The position numbers and the translations under genes were made by a program. From Eledone cirrhosa (taxonomy: Eukaryota): a stretch of 64,000 nt of DNA. The stretch lies in contig CAXHJY010000096.1 of the NCBI GenBank assembly GCA_964016885.1, forward strand, positions 186,001-250,000. The letters are read 5' to 3'. Below, piece by piece: positions 1 to 12,989 of the stretch; position 1 is the stretch's first letter; each line of letters opens with the position of its first letter. Under the pieces are notes generated by a model that worked only from the letters and a program-made list of their open reading frames with translations, did no database searches and was not told where the DNA came from.

Positions 1-1245
1 GGAGATAATTTGTAAAAAAAAATCAGGGGGAGATAATTTGTAAAAAATAATCAGGGGGAGATAATTTGTAAAAAAAATCAAGGGGAGATAATTTCCAGCC
101 GTCCAAGGGGAGATAATTTTCAGCCGTCCAAGGGGAGATAATTTCCCGCCAGCCAAGGGAAGATAATATTTAAAAAAATTAGGCGGAGATAATTTGTAAA
201 AAAAATCAGGGGGAGATAATTTGTAAAAAAATCAGGGGGAGATAATTTGTAAAAAAAATCAGGGGGAGATAATTTGTAAAAAAAATCAGGGGGGAGATAA
301 TTTGTAAAAAAAAATCAGGGGTAGATAATTTGTAAAAAAAAATCAGGGGGAGATAATTTGTAAAAAAAATCAAGGGGAGATAATTTCCAGCCGTCGAAGG
401 GAAGATAATTTCCAGCCCTCCAAGGGGCTATAATTTCCAGCGTCCAAGGGGAGATAATTTCCAGCCAGCGAAGGGGAGATAATTTTTTTTAAAAAATCAT
501 TGGGAGATTTGTAAAAAAATCAGGGGGAGATAATTTGTAAAAAAAATCAAGGAGAGATAATTTCCAGCCGTCCAAGGGGAGGTAATATCTAGCCGTCCAA
601 GGGGAGATAATTTCCAGCCGTCCAAGGGGAGATAATTTCCAGCCGTCCAAGGGTAGATAATATCCAGCCGTCCAAGGACATATTTTCCAGCCGTCCAAGG
701 AAAGGTAATTTCTAGCCGTCCAAGGGGAGATAAATTCCAGCCTCCAAGGGGAGATAATTTCCAGCCAGCCAAGGGGAGATAATTTGTAAAAAAATCAGGG
801 GGAGATAATTTGTAAAAAAAAATCAGGGGGAGATAATTTGTAAAAAAAAATCAGGGGGAGATAATTTGTAAAAAAAAATCAGGGGGAGATAATTTGTAAA
901 AAAAATCAGGGGGAGATAATTTGTAAAAAAAATCAGGGGTAGATAATTTGTAAAAAAAAATCAGGGGGAGATAATTTGTAAAAAAAAATCAGGGGGAGAT
1001 AATTTGTAAAAAAAATCAAGGGGAGATAATTTCCAGCCGTCCAAGGAGAGATAATTTAAAAAAAAATCAGGCGGAGATAATTTGTAAAAAAAAATCAGGG
1101 GGAGATAATTTGTAAAAAAAAATCAGGGGGAGATAATTTGTAAAATAAATCAAGGGGAGATAATTTCCAGCCGTCCAAGGGGAGATAATTTTCAGCCGTC
1201 CAAGGGGAGATAATTTCCCGCCAGCCAAGGGAAGATAATATTTAA
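1..1245 (+). repeat. Block duplicated at ~11744-12988 (offset 11743) and largely at ~10424-11570 (offset 10423)
   Basis: Identical ORFs at 489 and 10912 (offset 10423). Rare variant GTAAAATAAATCAAG at ~1140 and ~12883. Shared CCGTCGAAGGGAAG, CATTGGGAG and AGGAAAGGTAA variants in the same order. Confidence 0.9.
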
Positions 1246-3454
1246 TTTTTTTTAAAAAATCAGGCGGAGATAATTTGTAAAAAAAAATCAGGGGGAGATA
1301 ATTCGTAAAAAAAAATCAGGGGGAGATAATTTGTAAAAAAAAATCAGGGGGAGATAATTTGTAAAAAAAATCAAGGGGAGATAATTTCCAGCCGTCCAAG
1401 GGGAGGTAATATCTAGCCGTCCAAGGGGAGATAATTTCCAGCCGTCCAAGGGGAGATAATTTCCAGCCGTCCAAGGGGAGATAATTTCCAGCCGTCCAAG
1501 GAGACATATTTTCCAGCCGTCCAAGGCGAGGTAATTTCTAGCCGTCCAAGGGGAGATAAATTCCAGCCTCCAAGGGGAGATAATTTCCAGCCAGCCAAGT
1601 GGAGATAATTTGTAAAAAAATCAGGGGGAGATAATTTGTAAAAAATATGAGGGAGATAATTTGTAAAAAAAAATCAGGGGGAGATAATTTGTAAAAAAAA
1701 TCAGGGGGAGATAATTTGTAAAAAAAAATCAGGGGGAGATAATTTGTAAAAAAAATCAAGGGGAGATAATTTCCAGCCGTCCAAGGGGAGATAATTTTCA
1801 GCCGTCCAAGGGGAGATAATTTCCCGCCAGCCAAGGGAAGATAATATTTAAAAAAATCAGGCGGAGATAATTTGTAAAAAAAATCAGGGGGAGATAATTT
1901 GTAAAAAAATCAGGGGGAGATAATTTGTAAAAAAAAAATCAGGGGGAGATAATTTGTAAAAAAAATCAGGGGGAGATAATTTGTAAAAAAAAATCAGGGG
2001 TAGATAATTTGTAAAAAAAAATCAGGGGGAGATAATTTGTAAAAAAAAATCAGGGGGAGATAATTTGTAAAAAAAATGAAAGGGGAGATAATATCCAGCC
2101 GTCCAAGGGGAGATAATTTCCAGCCGTCCAAGGGGAGATAATTTCCAGCCGTCCAAGGGGAGATAATTTCCATCCTTCCAAGGGGATATAATTTCCAGCC
2201 GTCCAAGGGGAGATAATTTCCCGCCAGCCAAGGGAAGATAATTTTTAAAAAAATCAGGCGGAGATTGTAAAAAAAATCAGGGGGGAGATAATTTGTAAAA
2301 AAATCAGGGGGAGATAATTTGTTAAAAATAATCAGGGGGAGATAATTTGTAAAAAAATTCAAGGGGAGATAATTTCCAGCCGTCCAAGGGGAGATAATTT
2401 CCCGCCAGCCAAGGGAAGATAATATTTAAAAAAATTAGGCGGAGATAATTTGTAAAAAAAATCAGGGGGAGATAATTTGTAAAAAAATCAGGGGGAGATA
2501 ATTTGTAAAAAAAATCAGGGGGAGATAATTTGTAAAAAAAATCAAGGGGAGATAATTTCCAGCCGTCCAAGGGGAGATAATTTTCAGCCGTCCAAGGGGA
2601 GATAATTTCCCGCCAGCCAAGGGAAGATAATATTTAAAAAAATCAGGCGGAGATAATTTGTAAAAAAAATCAGGGGGAGATAATTTGTAAAAAATTCAGG
2701 GGGAGATAATTTGTAAAAAAAAAATCAGAGGGAGATAATTTGTAAAAAAAATCAGGGGGAGATAATTTGTAAAAAAAATCAGGGGGAGATAATTTGTAAA
2801 AAAAATGAAAGGGGAGATAATATCCAGCCGTCCAAGGGGAGATAATTTCCAGCCGTCCAAGGGGAGATAATTTCCAGCCGTCCAAGGGGAGATAATTTCC
2901 ATCCTTCCAAGGGGATATAATTTCCAGCCGTCCAAGGGGAGATAATTTCGAGCCAAGGGGAGATAATTTCCAGCCGTCCAAGGGGAGATAATTTTTTAAA
3001 AAATCAGGTGGAGATAATTTGTAAAAAAAATCAGGGGGAGATAATTTGTAAAAACAAAATCAAGGGCAGATAATTTCCAGCTGTCCAAGGGGAGATAATT
3101 TCCAGCCGTCCAAGGGGAGATAATTTCCAGCCGTCCAAGGGGAGATAATTTCCATCCTTCCAAGGGGATATAATTTCCAGCCGTCCAAGGGGAGATAATT
3201 TCCCGCCAGCCAAGGGAAGATGAATTTTAAAAAAATCAGGCGGAGATTGTAAAAAAAATCAGGGGGGGAGATAATTTGTAAAAAAATCAGGGGGAGATAA
3301 TTTGTAAAAAAAAAATCAGGGGGAGATAATTTGTAAAAAAAAATCAGGGGGAGATAATTTGTGAAAAAAAAATCAGGGGGAGATAATTTGTAAAAAAATT
3401 AGGCGTAGATAATTTGTAAAAAAAAATCAGGGGGAGATAATTTGTAAAAAAAAA

Positions 3455-6400
3455 TCAGGGGGAGATAATTTGTTTAAAAAATCAAGGGGAGATAATTTGC
3501 AGCCGTCCAAGGGGAGATAATTTTCAGCCGTCCAAGGAGAGGTAATTTCTAGCCGTTCAAGGGGAGATAATTTCCAGCCGTCCAAGGGGAAATAATTTCC
3601 AGCCGTCCAAGGGGAGATAATTTTTTTAAAAAAATCAGGCGGAGATAATTTGTAAAAAAAATCAGGGGGAGATAATTCGTAAAAAAAAATCAGGGGAAGA
3701 TAATTTGTAAAAAAAAATCAGGGGGAGATAATTTGTAAAAAAAATCAAGGGGAGATAATTTCCAGCCGTCCAAGGGGAGGTAATATCTAGCCGTCCAAGG
3801 AGAGATAATTTCCAGCCGTCCAAGGGGAGATAATTTTTTTAAAAAAATCAGGCGGAGATAATTTGTAAAAAAAATCAGGGGGAGATAATTTGTAAACAAA
3901 ATTAGGGGGAGATAATTTGTAAAAAAAAATCAGGGGGAGATAATTTGTAAAAAAAATTAGGCGTAGATAATTTGTAAAAAAAAATCAGGGGAGATAATTT
4001 GTAAAAAAAAATCAGGGGGAGATAATTTGTTTAAAAAATCAAGGGGAGATAATTTGCAGCCGTCCAAGGGGAGATAATTTTCAGCCGTCCAAGGAGAGGT
4101 AATTTCTAGCCGTTCAAGAGGAGATAATTTCCAGCCGTCCAAGGGGAGATAATTTCCAGCCGTCCAAGGGGAGATAATTTTTTTTAAATAATCAGGCGGA
4201 GATAATTTGTAAAAAAAAATCAGGGGGAGACAATTCGTAAAAAAAAATCAGGGGAGATAATTTGTAAAAAAAATCAAGGAGAGATAATTTCCAGCCGTCC
4301 AAGGGGAGATAATTTCCAGCCGTCCAAGGAGACATATTTTCCAGCCGTCCAAGGCGAGGTAATTTCTAGCCGTCCAAGGGGAGATAAATTCCAGCCTCCA
4401 AGGGGAGATAATTTCCAGCCAGCCAAGTGGAGATAATTTGTAAAAAAATCAGGGGGAGATAATTTGTAAAAAATATGAGGGAGATAATTTGTAAAAAAAA
4501 ATCAGGGGGAGATAATTTGTAAAAAAAATCAGGGGGAGATAATTTGTAAAAAAAAATCAGGGGGAGATAATTTGTAAAAAAAATCAAGGGGAGATAATTT
4601 CCAGCCGTCCAAGGGGAGATAATTTTCAGCCGTCCAAGGGGAGATAATTTCCCGCCAGCCAAGGGAAGATAATATTTAAAAAAATCAGGCGGAGATAATT
4701 TGTAAAAAAAATCAGGGGGAGATAATTTGTAAAAAAATCAGGGGGAGATAATTTGTAAAAAAAAAATCAGGGGTAGATAATTTGTAAAAAAAATCAGGGG
4801 GAGATAATTTGTAAAAAAAAATCAGGGGTAGATAATTTGTAAAAAAAATTAAGGGGAGATAATTTGTAAAAAAAAATCAGGGGGAGATAATTTGTAAAAA
4901 AAATGAAAGGGGAGATAATATCCAGCCGTCCAAGGGGAGATAATTTCCAGCCTTCCAAGGGGAGATAATTTCCAGCCGTCCAAGGGGAGATAATTTCCAT
5001 CCTTCCAAGGGGATATAATTTCCAGCCGTCCAAGGGGAGATAATTTCCCGCCAGCCAAGGGAAGATAATTTTTAAAAAAATCAGGCGGAGATTGTAAAAA
5101 AAATCAGGGGGGAGATAATTTGTAAAAAAATCAGGGGGAGATAATTTGTTAAAAATAATCAGGGGGAGATAATTTGTAAAAAAATTCAAGGGGAGATAAT
5201 TTCCAGCCGTCCAAGGGGAGATAATTTCCCGCCAGCCAAGGGAAGATAATATTTAAAAAAATTAGGCGGAGATAATTTGTAAAAAAAATCAGGGGGAGAT
5301 AATTTGTAAAAAAATCAGGGGGAGATAATTTGTAAAAAAAATCAGGGGGAGATAATTTGTAAAAAAAATCATGGGGAGATAATTTGTAAAAAAAAATCAG
5401 GTGTAGATAATTTGTAAAAAAAAATCAGGGGGAGATAATTTGTAAAAAAAAATCAGGGGGAGATAATTTGTAAAAAAAATCAAGGGGAGATAATATCCAG
5501 CCGTCCAAGGAGAGATAATTTTTAAAAAAAATGAGGCGGAGATAATTTGTAAAAAAAAAATGAGGGGGAGTTAATTTGTAAAAAAAAATGAGGGGGAGAT
5601 AATTTGTAAAAAAAATCAAGGGGAGATAATTTCCAGCCGTCCAAGGGGAGATAATTTTCAGCCGTCCAAGGAGAGGTAATTTCTAGCCGTCCAAGGGGAG
5701 ATAATTTCCAGCCGTCCAAGGGGAGGTAATTTCCAGCCGTCCAAGGGGAGATAATTTTTAAAAAAAAATCAGGCGGAGATAATTTGTAAAAAAAATCAAG
5801 GGGAGATAATTTGCAGCCGTCCAAGGGGAGATAATTTTCAGTCGTCCAAGGAGAGGTAATTTCTAGCCGTCCAAGGGGAGATAATTTCCAGCCGTCCAAG
5901 GGGAGATAATTTCCAGCCGTCCAAGGGGAGATAATTTTTTTTAAAAAATCAGGCGGAGATAATTTGTAAAAAAAATCAGGGGGAGATAATTTGTAAACAA
6001 AATCAGGGGGAGATAATTTGTAAAAAAAAATCAGGGGTAGATAATTTGTAAAAAAAATTAGGCGTAGATAATTTGTAAAAAAAAATCAGGGGGAGATAAT
6101 TTGTAAAAAAAAATCAAGGGGAGATAATTTGTTTAAAAAATCAAGGGGAGATAATTTGCAGCCGTCCAAGGGGAGATAATTTTCAGCCGTCCAAGGAGAG
6201 GTAATTTCTAGCCGTTCAAGGGGAGATAATTTTTTTTTAAAAATCAGGCGGAGTTAATTTGTAAAAAAAATTAGAGGGAGATAATTCGTAAAAAAAAATC
6301 AGGGGGAGATAATTTGTAAAAAAAATCAAGGGGAGATAATTTCCAGCCGTCCAAGGGGAGGTAATATCTAGCCGTCCAAGGGGAGATAATTTCCAGCCGT

Positions 6401-9400
6401 CCAAGGGGAGATAATTTCCAGCCGTCCAAGGGGAGATAATTTCCAGCCGTCCAAGGAGACATATTTTCCAGCCGTCCAAGGCGAGGTAATTTCTAGCCGT
6501 CCAAGGGGAGATAAATTCCAGCCTCCAAGGGGAGATAATTTCCAGCCAGCCAAGGGGAGATAATTTGTAAAAAAATCAGGGGGAGATAATTTGTAAAAAA
6601 AATCAGGGGGAGATAATTTGTAAAAAAAAATCAGGGGGAGATAATTTGTAAAAAAATCAAGGGGAGATAATTTCCAGCCGTCCAAGGGGAGATAATTTTC
6701 AGCCGTCCAAGGAGAGGTAATTTCTAGCCGTCCGAGGAGAGATAATTTCCAGCCGTCCAAGGGGAGATAATTTCCAGCCGTCCACGGGGAGATAATTTCC
6801 AGCCGTCCAAGGAGACATATTTTCCAGCCGTCCAAGGAGAGGTAATTTCTAGCCGTCCAAGGGGAGATAAATTCCAGCCTCCAAGGGGAGATAATTTCCA
6901 GCCAGCCAAGGGGAGATAATTTGTAAAAAAATCAGGGGGAGATAATTTGTAAAAAAAAATCAGGGGGAGATAATTTGTAAAAAAAATCAGGGGGAGATAA
7001 TTTGTAAAAAAAATCAAGGGGAGATAATTTCCAGCCGTCCAAGGAGAGATAATTTAAAAAAAAAATCAGGCGCAGATAATTTGTAAAAAGAAATCAGGGG
7101 GAGATAATTTGTAAAAAAAATCAAGGGGAGATAATTTCCAGCCGTCCAAGGGGAGATAATTTTCAGCCGTCCAAGGAGAGGTAATTTCTAGCCGTCCAAG
7201 GAGAGATAATTTCCAGCCGTCCAAGGGGAGATAATTTCCAGCCGTCCAAGGGGAGATAATTTCCAGCCGTCCAAGGAGACATATTTTCCAGCCGTCCAAG
7301 GAGAGGTAATTCCTAGCCGTCCAAGGGGAGATAAATTCCAGCCTCCAAGGGGAGATAATTTCCAGCCAGCCAAGGGGAGATAATTTGTAAAAAAAATCAG
7401 GGGGAGATAATTTGTAAAAAAAATCAGGGGGAGATAATTTGTAAAAAAAAATCAGGGGAGATAATTTGTAAAAAATAATCAGGTGGAGATAATTTGTAAA
7501 AAAAATCAAAGGGAGATAATTTCCAGCCGTCCAAGGGGAGATAATTTTCAGCCGTCCAAGAGGAGATAATTTCCCGCCAGCCAAGGGAAGATAATATTTA
7601 AAAAAATTAGGCGGAGATAATTTGTAAAAAAAATCAGGGGGAGATAATTTGTAAAAAAATCAGGGGGAGATAATTTGTAAAAAAAATCAGGGGGAGATAA
7701 TTTGTAAAAAAAATCAGGGGGAGATAATTTGTAAAAAAAAATCAGGGGTAGATAATTTGTAAAAAAAAATCATGGGGAGATAATTTGTAAAAAAAATCAA
7801 GGGGAGATAATTTCCAGCCGTCCAAGGGAAGATAATTTCCAGCCCTCCAAGGGGCTATAATTTCCAGCGTCCAAGGGGAGATAATTTCCAGCCAGCGAAG
7901 GGGAGATAATTTTTTTAAAAAAATCATTGGGAGATTTGTAAAAAAAATCAGGGGGAGATAATTTGTAAAAAAATCAAGGGGTGATAATTTCCAGCCGTCC
8001 AAGGGGAGGTAATATCTAGCCGTCCAAGGGGAGATAATTTCCAGCCGTCCAAGGGGAGATAATTTCCAGCCGTCCAAGGGTAGATAATATCCAGCCGTCC
8101 AAGGACATATTTTCCAGCCGTCCAAGGAGAGGTAATTTCTAGCCGTCCAAGGGGAGATAAATTCCAGCCTCCAAGGGGAGATAATTTGCAGCCAGCCAAG
8201 GGGAGATAATTTGTAAAAAAATTAGGGGGAGATAATTTGTAAAAAAAATCAGGGGGAGATAATTTGTAAAAAAAAATCAGGGGGAGATAATTTGTAAAAA
8301 AAAATCAGGGGGAGATAATTTGTAAAAAAAATCAGGGGGAGATAATTTGTAAAAAAAATCAAGGGGAGATAATTTCCAGCCGTCCAAGGGGAGATAATTT
8401 TCAGCCGTCCAAGAGGAGATAATTTCCCGCCAGCCAAGGGAAGATAATTTTTAAAAAAATCAGGCGGAGATTGTAAAAAAATCAGGGGGGAGATAATTTG
8501 TAAAAAAATCAGGGGGAGATAATTTGTAAAAAAAAATCAGGGGGAGATAATTTGTAAAAAAAAATCAGGGGGAGATAATTTGTAAAAAAACATCAGGGGG
8601 AGATAATTTGTAAAAGAAATCAAGGGGAGATAATTTCCAGCCGTCCAAGGAGAGGTAATTTCTAGCCGTTCAAGGGGAGATAATTTCCAGCCGTCCAAGG
8701 GGAGATAATTTTCTGCCGTCCAAGGAGAGGAAATTTCTAGCCGTCCGAGGAGAGATAATTTCCAGCCGTCCAAGGGGAGATAATTTCCAGCCGTCCAAGG
8801 GGAGATAATTTCCAGCCGTCCAAGGAGACATATTTTCCAGCCGTCCAAGGAGAGGTAATTTCTAGCCGTCCAAGGGGAGATAAATTCCAGCCTCCAAGGG
8901 GAGATAATTTCCAGCCAGCCAAGGGGAGATAATTTGTAAAAAAATCAGGGGGAGATAATTTGCAAAAAAAATCAGGGGGAGATAATTTGTAAAAAAAAAT
9001 CAGAGGGAGATAATTTGTAAAAAATAATCAGGGGGAGATAATTTCCAGCCGTCCAAGGGGAGATCATTTTCAGCCGTCCAAGGGGAGATAATTTCCCGCC
9101 AGCCAAGGGAAGATAATATTTAAAAAAATTAGGCGGAGATAATTTGTAAAAAGAATCAGGGGGAGATAATTTGTAAAAAAAATCAGGGGGAGATAATTTG
9201 TAAAAAAAAATCAGGGGTAGATAATTTGTAAAAAAAAATCAGGGGGAGATAATTTGTAAAAAAAAATCAGGGGGAGATAATTTGTAAAAAAAATCAAGGG
9301 GAGATAATTTCCAGCCGTCCAATGGGAGATAATTTTCAGCCGTCCAAGGGGAGATAATTTCCCGCCAGCCAAGGGAAGATAATATTTAAAAAAATCAGGC

Positions 9401-10047
9401 GGAGATAATTTGTAAAAAAAATCAGGGGGAGATAATTTGTAAAAAAAATCAGGGGGAGATAATTTGTAAAAAAAAAATCAGGGGGAGATAATTTGTAAAA
9501 AAAATCAGGGGGAGATAATTTGTTAAAAAAAATCAGGGGTAGATAATTTGTAAAAAAAAATCAGGGGGAGATAATTTGTAAAAAAAAATCAGGGGGAGAT
9601 AATTTGTAAAAAAAATGAAAGGGGAGATAATTTCCAGCCGTCCAAGGGGAGATAATTTCCCGCCAGCCAAGGGAAGTTAATATTTAAAAAAATTAGGCGG
9701 AGATAATTTGTAAAAAAAATCAGGGGGAGATAATTTGTAAAAAAATCAGGGGGAGATAATTTGTAAAAAAAATCAGGGGAAGATAATTTGTAAAAAAAAT
9801 CATGGGGAGATAATTTGTAAAAAAAAATCAGGGGTAGATAATTTGTAAAAAAAAATCAGGGGGATATAATTTGTAAAAAAAAATCAGGGGGAGATAATTT
9901 GTAAAAGAAATCAAGGGGAGATAATATCCAGCCGTCCAAGGAGAGATAATTTTTAAAAAAAATGAGGCGGAGATAATTTGTAAAAAAAAATCAGGGGGAG
10001 ATAATTTGTAAAAAAAATCAAGGGGAGATAATTTCCAGCCGTCCAAG
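3455..10047 (+). repeat. ~6.6-kb segmental block, copy 1 (copy 2 at ~18263-24536)
   Basis: ORF-track offsets of 14808 (3690/18498, 3957/18765), then 14488-14490 (5425/19913, 6368/20856, 7742/22231, 8737/23227). Shared rare variants such as TCCACGGGGAG, GGCGCAGAT, AAACATCAGG and CCAATGGGAG. Confidence 0.93.
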
Positions 10048-10249
10048 GAGAGATAATTTTAAAAAAAATCAGGCGGAGATAATTTGTAAAAAAAAATCAG
10101 GGGGAGATAATTTGTAAAAAAAAATCAGGGGGAGATAATTTGTAAAAAAAATCAAGGGGAGATAATTTCCAGCCGTCCAAGGGGAGATAATTTTCAGCCG
10201 TCCAAGGGGAGATAATTTCCCGCCAGCCAAGGGAAGATAATATTTAAAA

Positions 10250-12890
10250 AAATCAGGCGGAGATAATTTATAAAAAAAATCAGGGGGAGATAATTTGTAA
10301 AAAAATCAGGGGGAGATAATTTGTAAAAAAAAAATCAGGGGGAGATAATTTGTAAAAAAAATCAGAGGGAGATAATTTGTAAAAAAAAATCAGGGGTAGA
10401 TAATTTGTAAAAAAAAATCAGGGGGAGATAATTTGTAAAAAAAAATCAGGGGGAGATAATTTGTAAAAAATAATCAGGGGGAGATAATTTGTAAAAAAAA
10501 TCAAGGGGAGATAATTTCCAGCCGTCCAAGGGGAGATAATTTTCAGCCGTCCAAGGGGAGATAATTTCCCGCCAGCCAAGGGAAGATAATATTTAAAAAA
10601 ATTAGGCGGAGATAATTTGTAAAAAAAATCAGGGGGAGATAATTTGTAAAAAAATCAGGGGGAGATAATTTGTAAAAAAAATCAGGGGGAGATAATTTGT
10701 AAAAAAAATCAGGGGGGAGATAATTTGTAAAAAAAAATCAGGGGTAGATAATTTGTAAAAAAAAATCAGGGGGAGATAATTTGTAAAAAAAATCAAGGGG
10801 AGATAATTTCCAGCCGTCGAAGGGAAGATAATTTCCAGCCCTCCAAGGGGCTATAATTTCCAGCGTCCAAGGGGAGATAATTTCCAGCCAGCGAAGGGGA
10901 GATAATTTTTTTTAAAAAATCATTGGGAGATTTGTAAAAAAATCAGGGGGAGATAATTTGTAAAAAAAATCAAGGAGAGATAATTTCCAGCCGTCCAAGG
11001 GGAGGTAATATCTAGCCGTCCAAGGGGAGATAATTTCCAGCCGTCCAAGGGGAGATAATTTCCAGCCGTCCAAGGGTAGATAATATCCAGCCGTCCAAGG
11101 ACATATTTTCCAGCCGTCCAAGGAAAGGTAATTTCTAGCCGTCCAAGGGGAGATAAATTCCAGCCTCCAAGGGGAGATAATTTCCAGCCAGCCAAGGGGA
11201 GATAATTTGTAAAAAAATCAGGGGGAGATAATTTGTAAAAAAAAATCAAGGGGAGATAATTTGTAAAAAAAAATCAGGGGGAGATAATTTGTAAAAAAAA
11301 ATCAGGGGGAGATAATTTGTAAAAAAAATCAGGGGGAGATAATTTGTAAAAAAAATCAGGGGTAGATAATTTGTAAAAAAAAATCAGGGGGAGATAATTT
11401 GTAAAAAAAAATCAGGGGGAGATAATTTGTAAAAAAAATCAAGGGGAGATAATTTCCAGCCGTCCAAGGAGAGATAATTTAAAAAAAAATCAGGCGGAGA
11501 TAATTTGTAAAAAAAAATCAGGGGGAGATAATTTGTAAAAAAAAATCAGGGGGAGATAATTTGTAAAAAAAATCAGGCGGAGATAATTTATAAAAAAAAT
11601 CAGGGGGAGATAATTTGTAAAAAAATCAGGGGGAGATAATTTGTAAAAAAAAAATCAGGGGGAGATAATTTGTAAAAAAAATCAGAGGGAGATAATTTGT
11701 AAAAAAAAATCAGGGGTAGATAATTTGTAAAAAAAAATCAGGGGGAGATAATTTGTAAAAAAAAATCAGGGGGAGATAATTTGTAAAAAATAATCAGGGG
11801 GAGATAATTTGTAAAAAAAATCAAGGGGAGATAATTTCCAGCCGTCCAAGGGGAGATAATTTTCAGCCGTCCAAGGGGAGATAATTTCCCGCCAGCCAAG
11901 GGAAGATAATATTTAAAAAAATTAGGCGGAGATAATTTGTAAAAAAAATCAGGGGGAGATAATTTGTAAAAAAATCAGGGGGAGATAATTTGTAAAAAAA
12001 ATCAGGGGGAGATAATTTGTAAAAAAAATCAGGGGGGAGATAATTTGTAAAAAAAAATCAGGGGTAGATAATTTGTAAAAAAAAATCAGGGGGAGATAAT
12101 TTGTAAAAAAAATCAAGGGGAGATAATTTCCAGCCGTCGAAGGGAAGATAATTTCCAGCCCTCCAAGGGGCTATAATTTCCAGCGTCCAAGGGGAGATAA
12201 TTTCCAGCCAGCGAAGGGGAGATAATTTTTTTTAAAAAATCATTGGGAGATTTGTAAAAAAATCAGGGGGAGATAATTTGTAAAAAAAATCAAGGAGAGA
12301 TAATTTCCAGCCGTCCAAGGGGAGGTAATATCTAGCCGTCCAAGGGGAGATAATTTCCAGCCGTCCAAGGGGAGATAATTTCCAGCCGTCCAAGGGTAGA
12401 TAATATCCAGCCGTCCAAGGACATATTTTCCAGCCGTCTAAGGAAAGGTAATTTCTAGCCGTCCAAGGGGAGATAAATTCCAGCCTCCAAGGGGAGATAA
12501 TTTCCAGCCAGCCAAGGGGAGATAATTTGTAAAAAAATCAGGGGGAGATAATTTGTAAAAAAAAATCAGGGGGAGATAATTTGTAAAAAAAAATCAGGGG
12601 GAGATAATTTGTAAAAAAAAATCAGGGGGAGATAATTTGTAAAAAAAATCAGGGGGAGATAATTTGTAAAAAAAATCAGGGGTAGATAATTTGTAAAAAA
12701 AAATCAGGGGGAGATAATTTGTAAAAAAAAATCAGGGGGAGATAATTTGTAAAAAAAATCAAGGGGAGATAATTTCCAGCCGTCCAAGGAGAGATAATTT
12801 AAAAAAAAATCAGGCGGAGATAATTTGTAAAAAAAAATCAGGGGGAGATAATTTGTAAAAAAAAATCAGGGGGAGATAATTTGTAAAATA
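10250..12890 (+). repeat. Tandem duplication, period 1320 bp, 2 copies
   Basis: Lines from 10261 and from 11581 are identical in register for about 22 lines, apart from isolated SNPs (GTCCAAGG at ~11116 vs GTCTAAGG at ~12436). Confidence 0.95.
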
Positions 12891-12989
12891 AATCAAGGGG
12901 AGATAATTTCCAGCCGTCCAAGGGGAGATAATTTTCAGCCGTCCAAGGGGAGATAATTTCCCGCCAGCCAAGGGAAGATAATATTTAAA

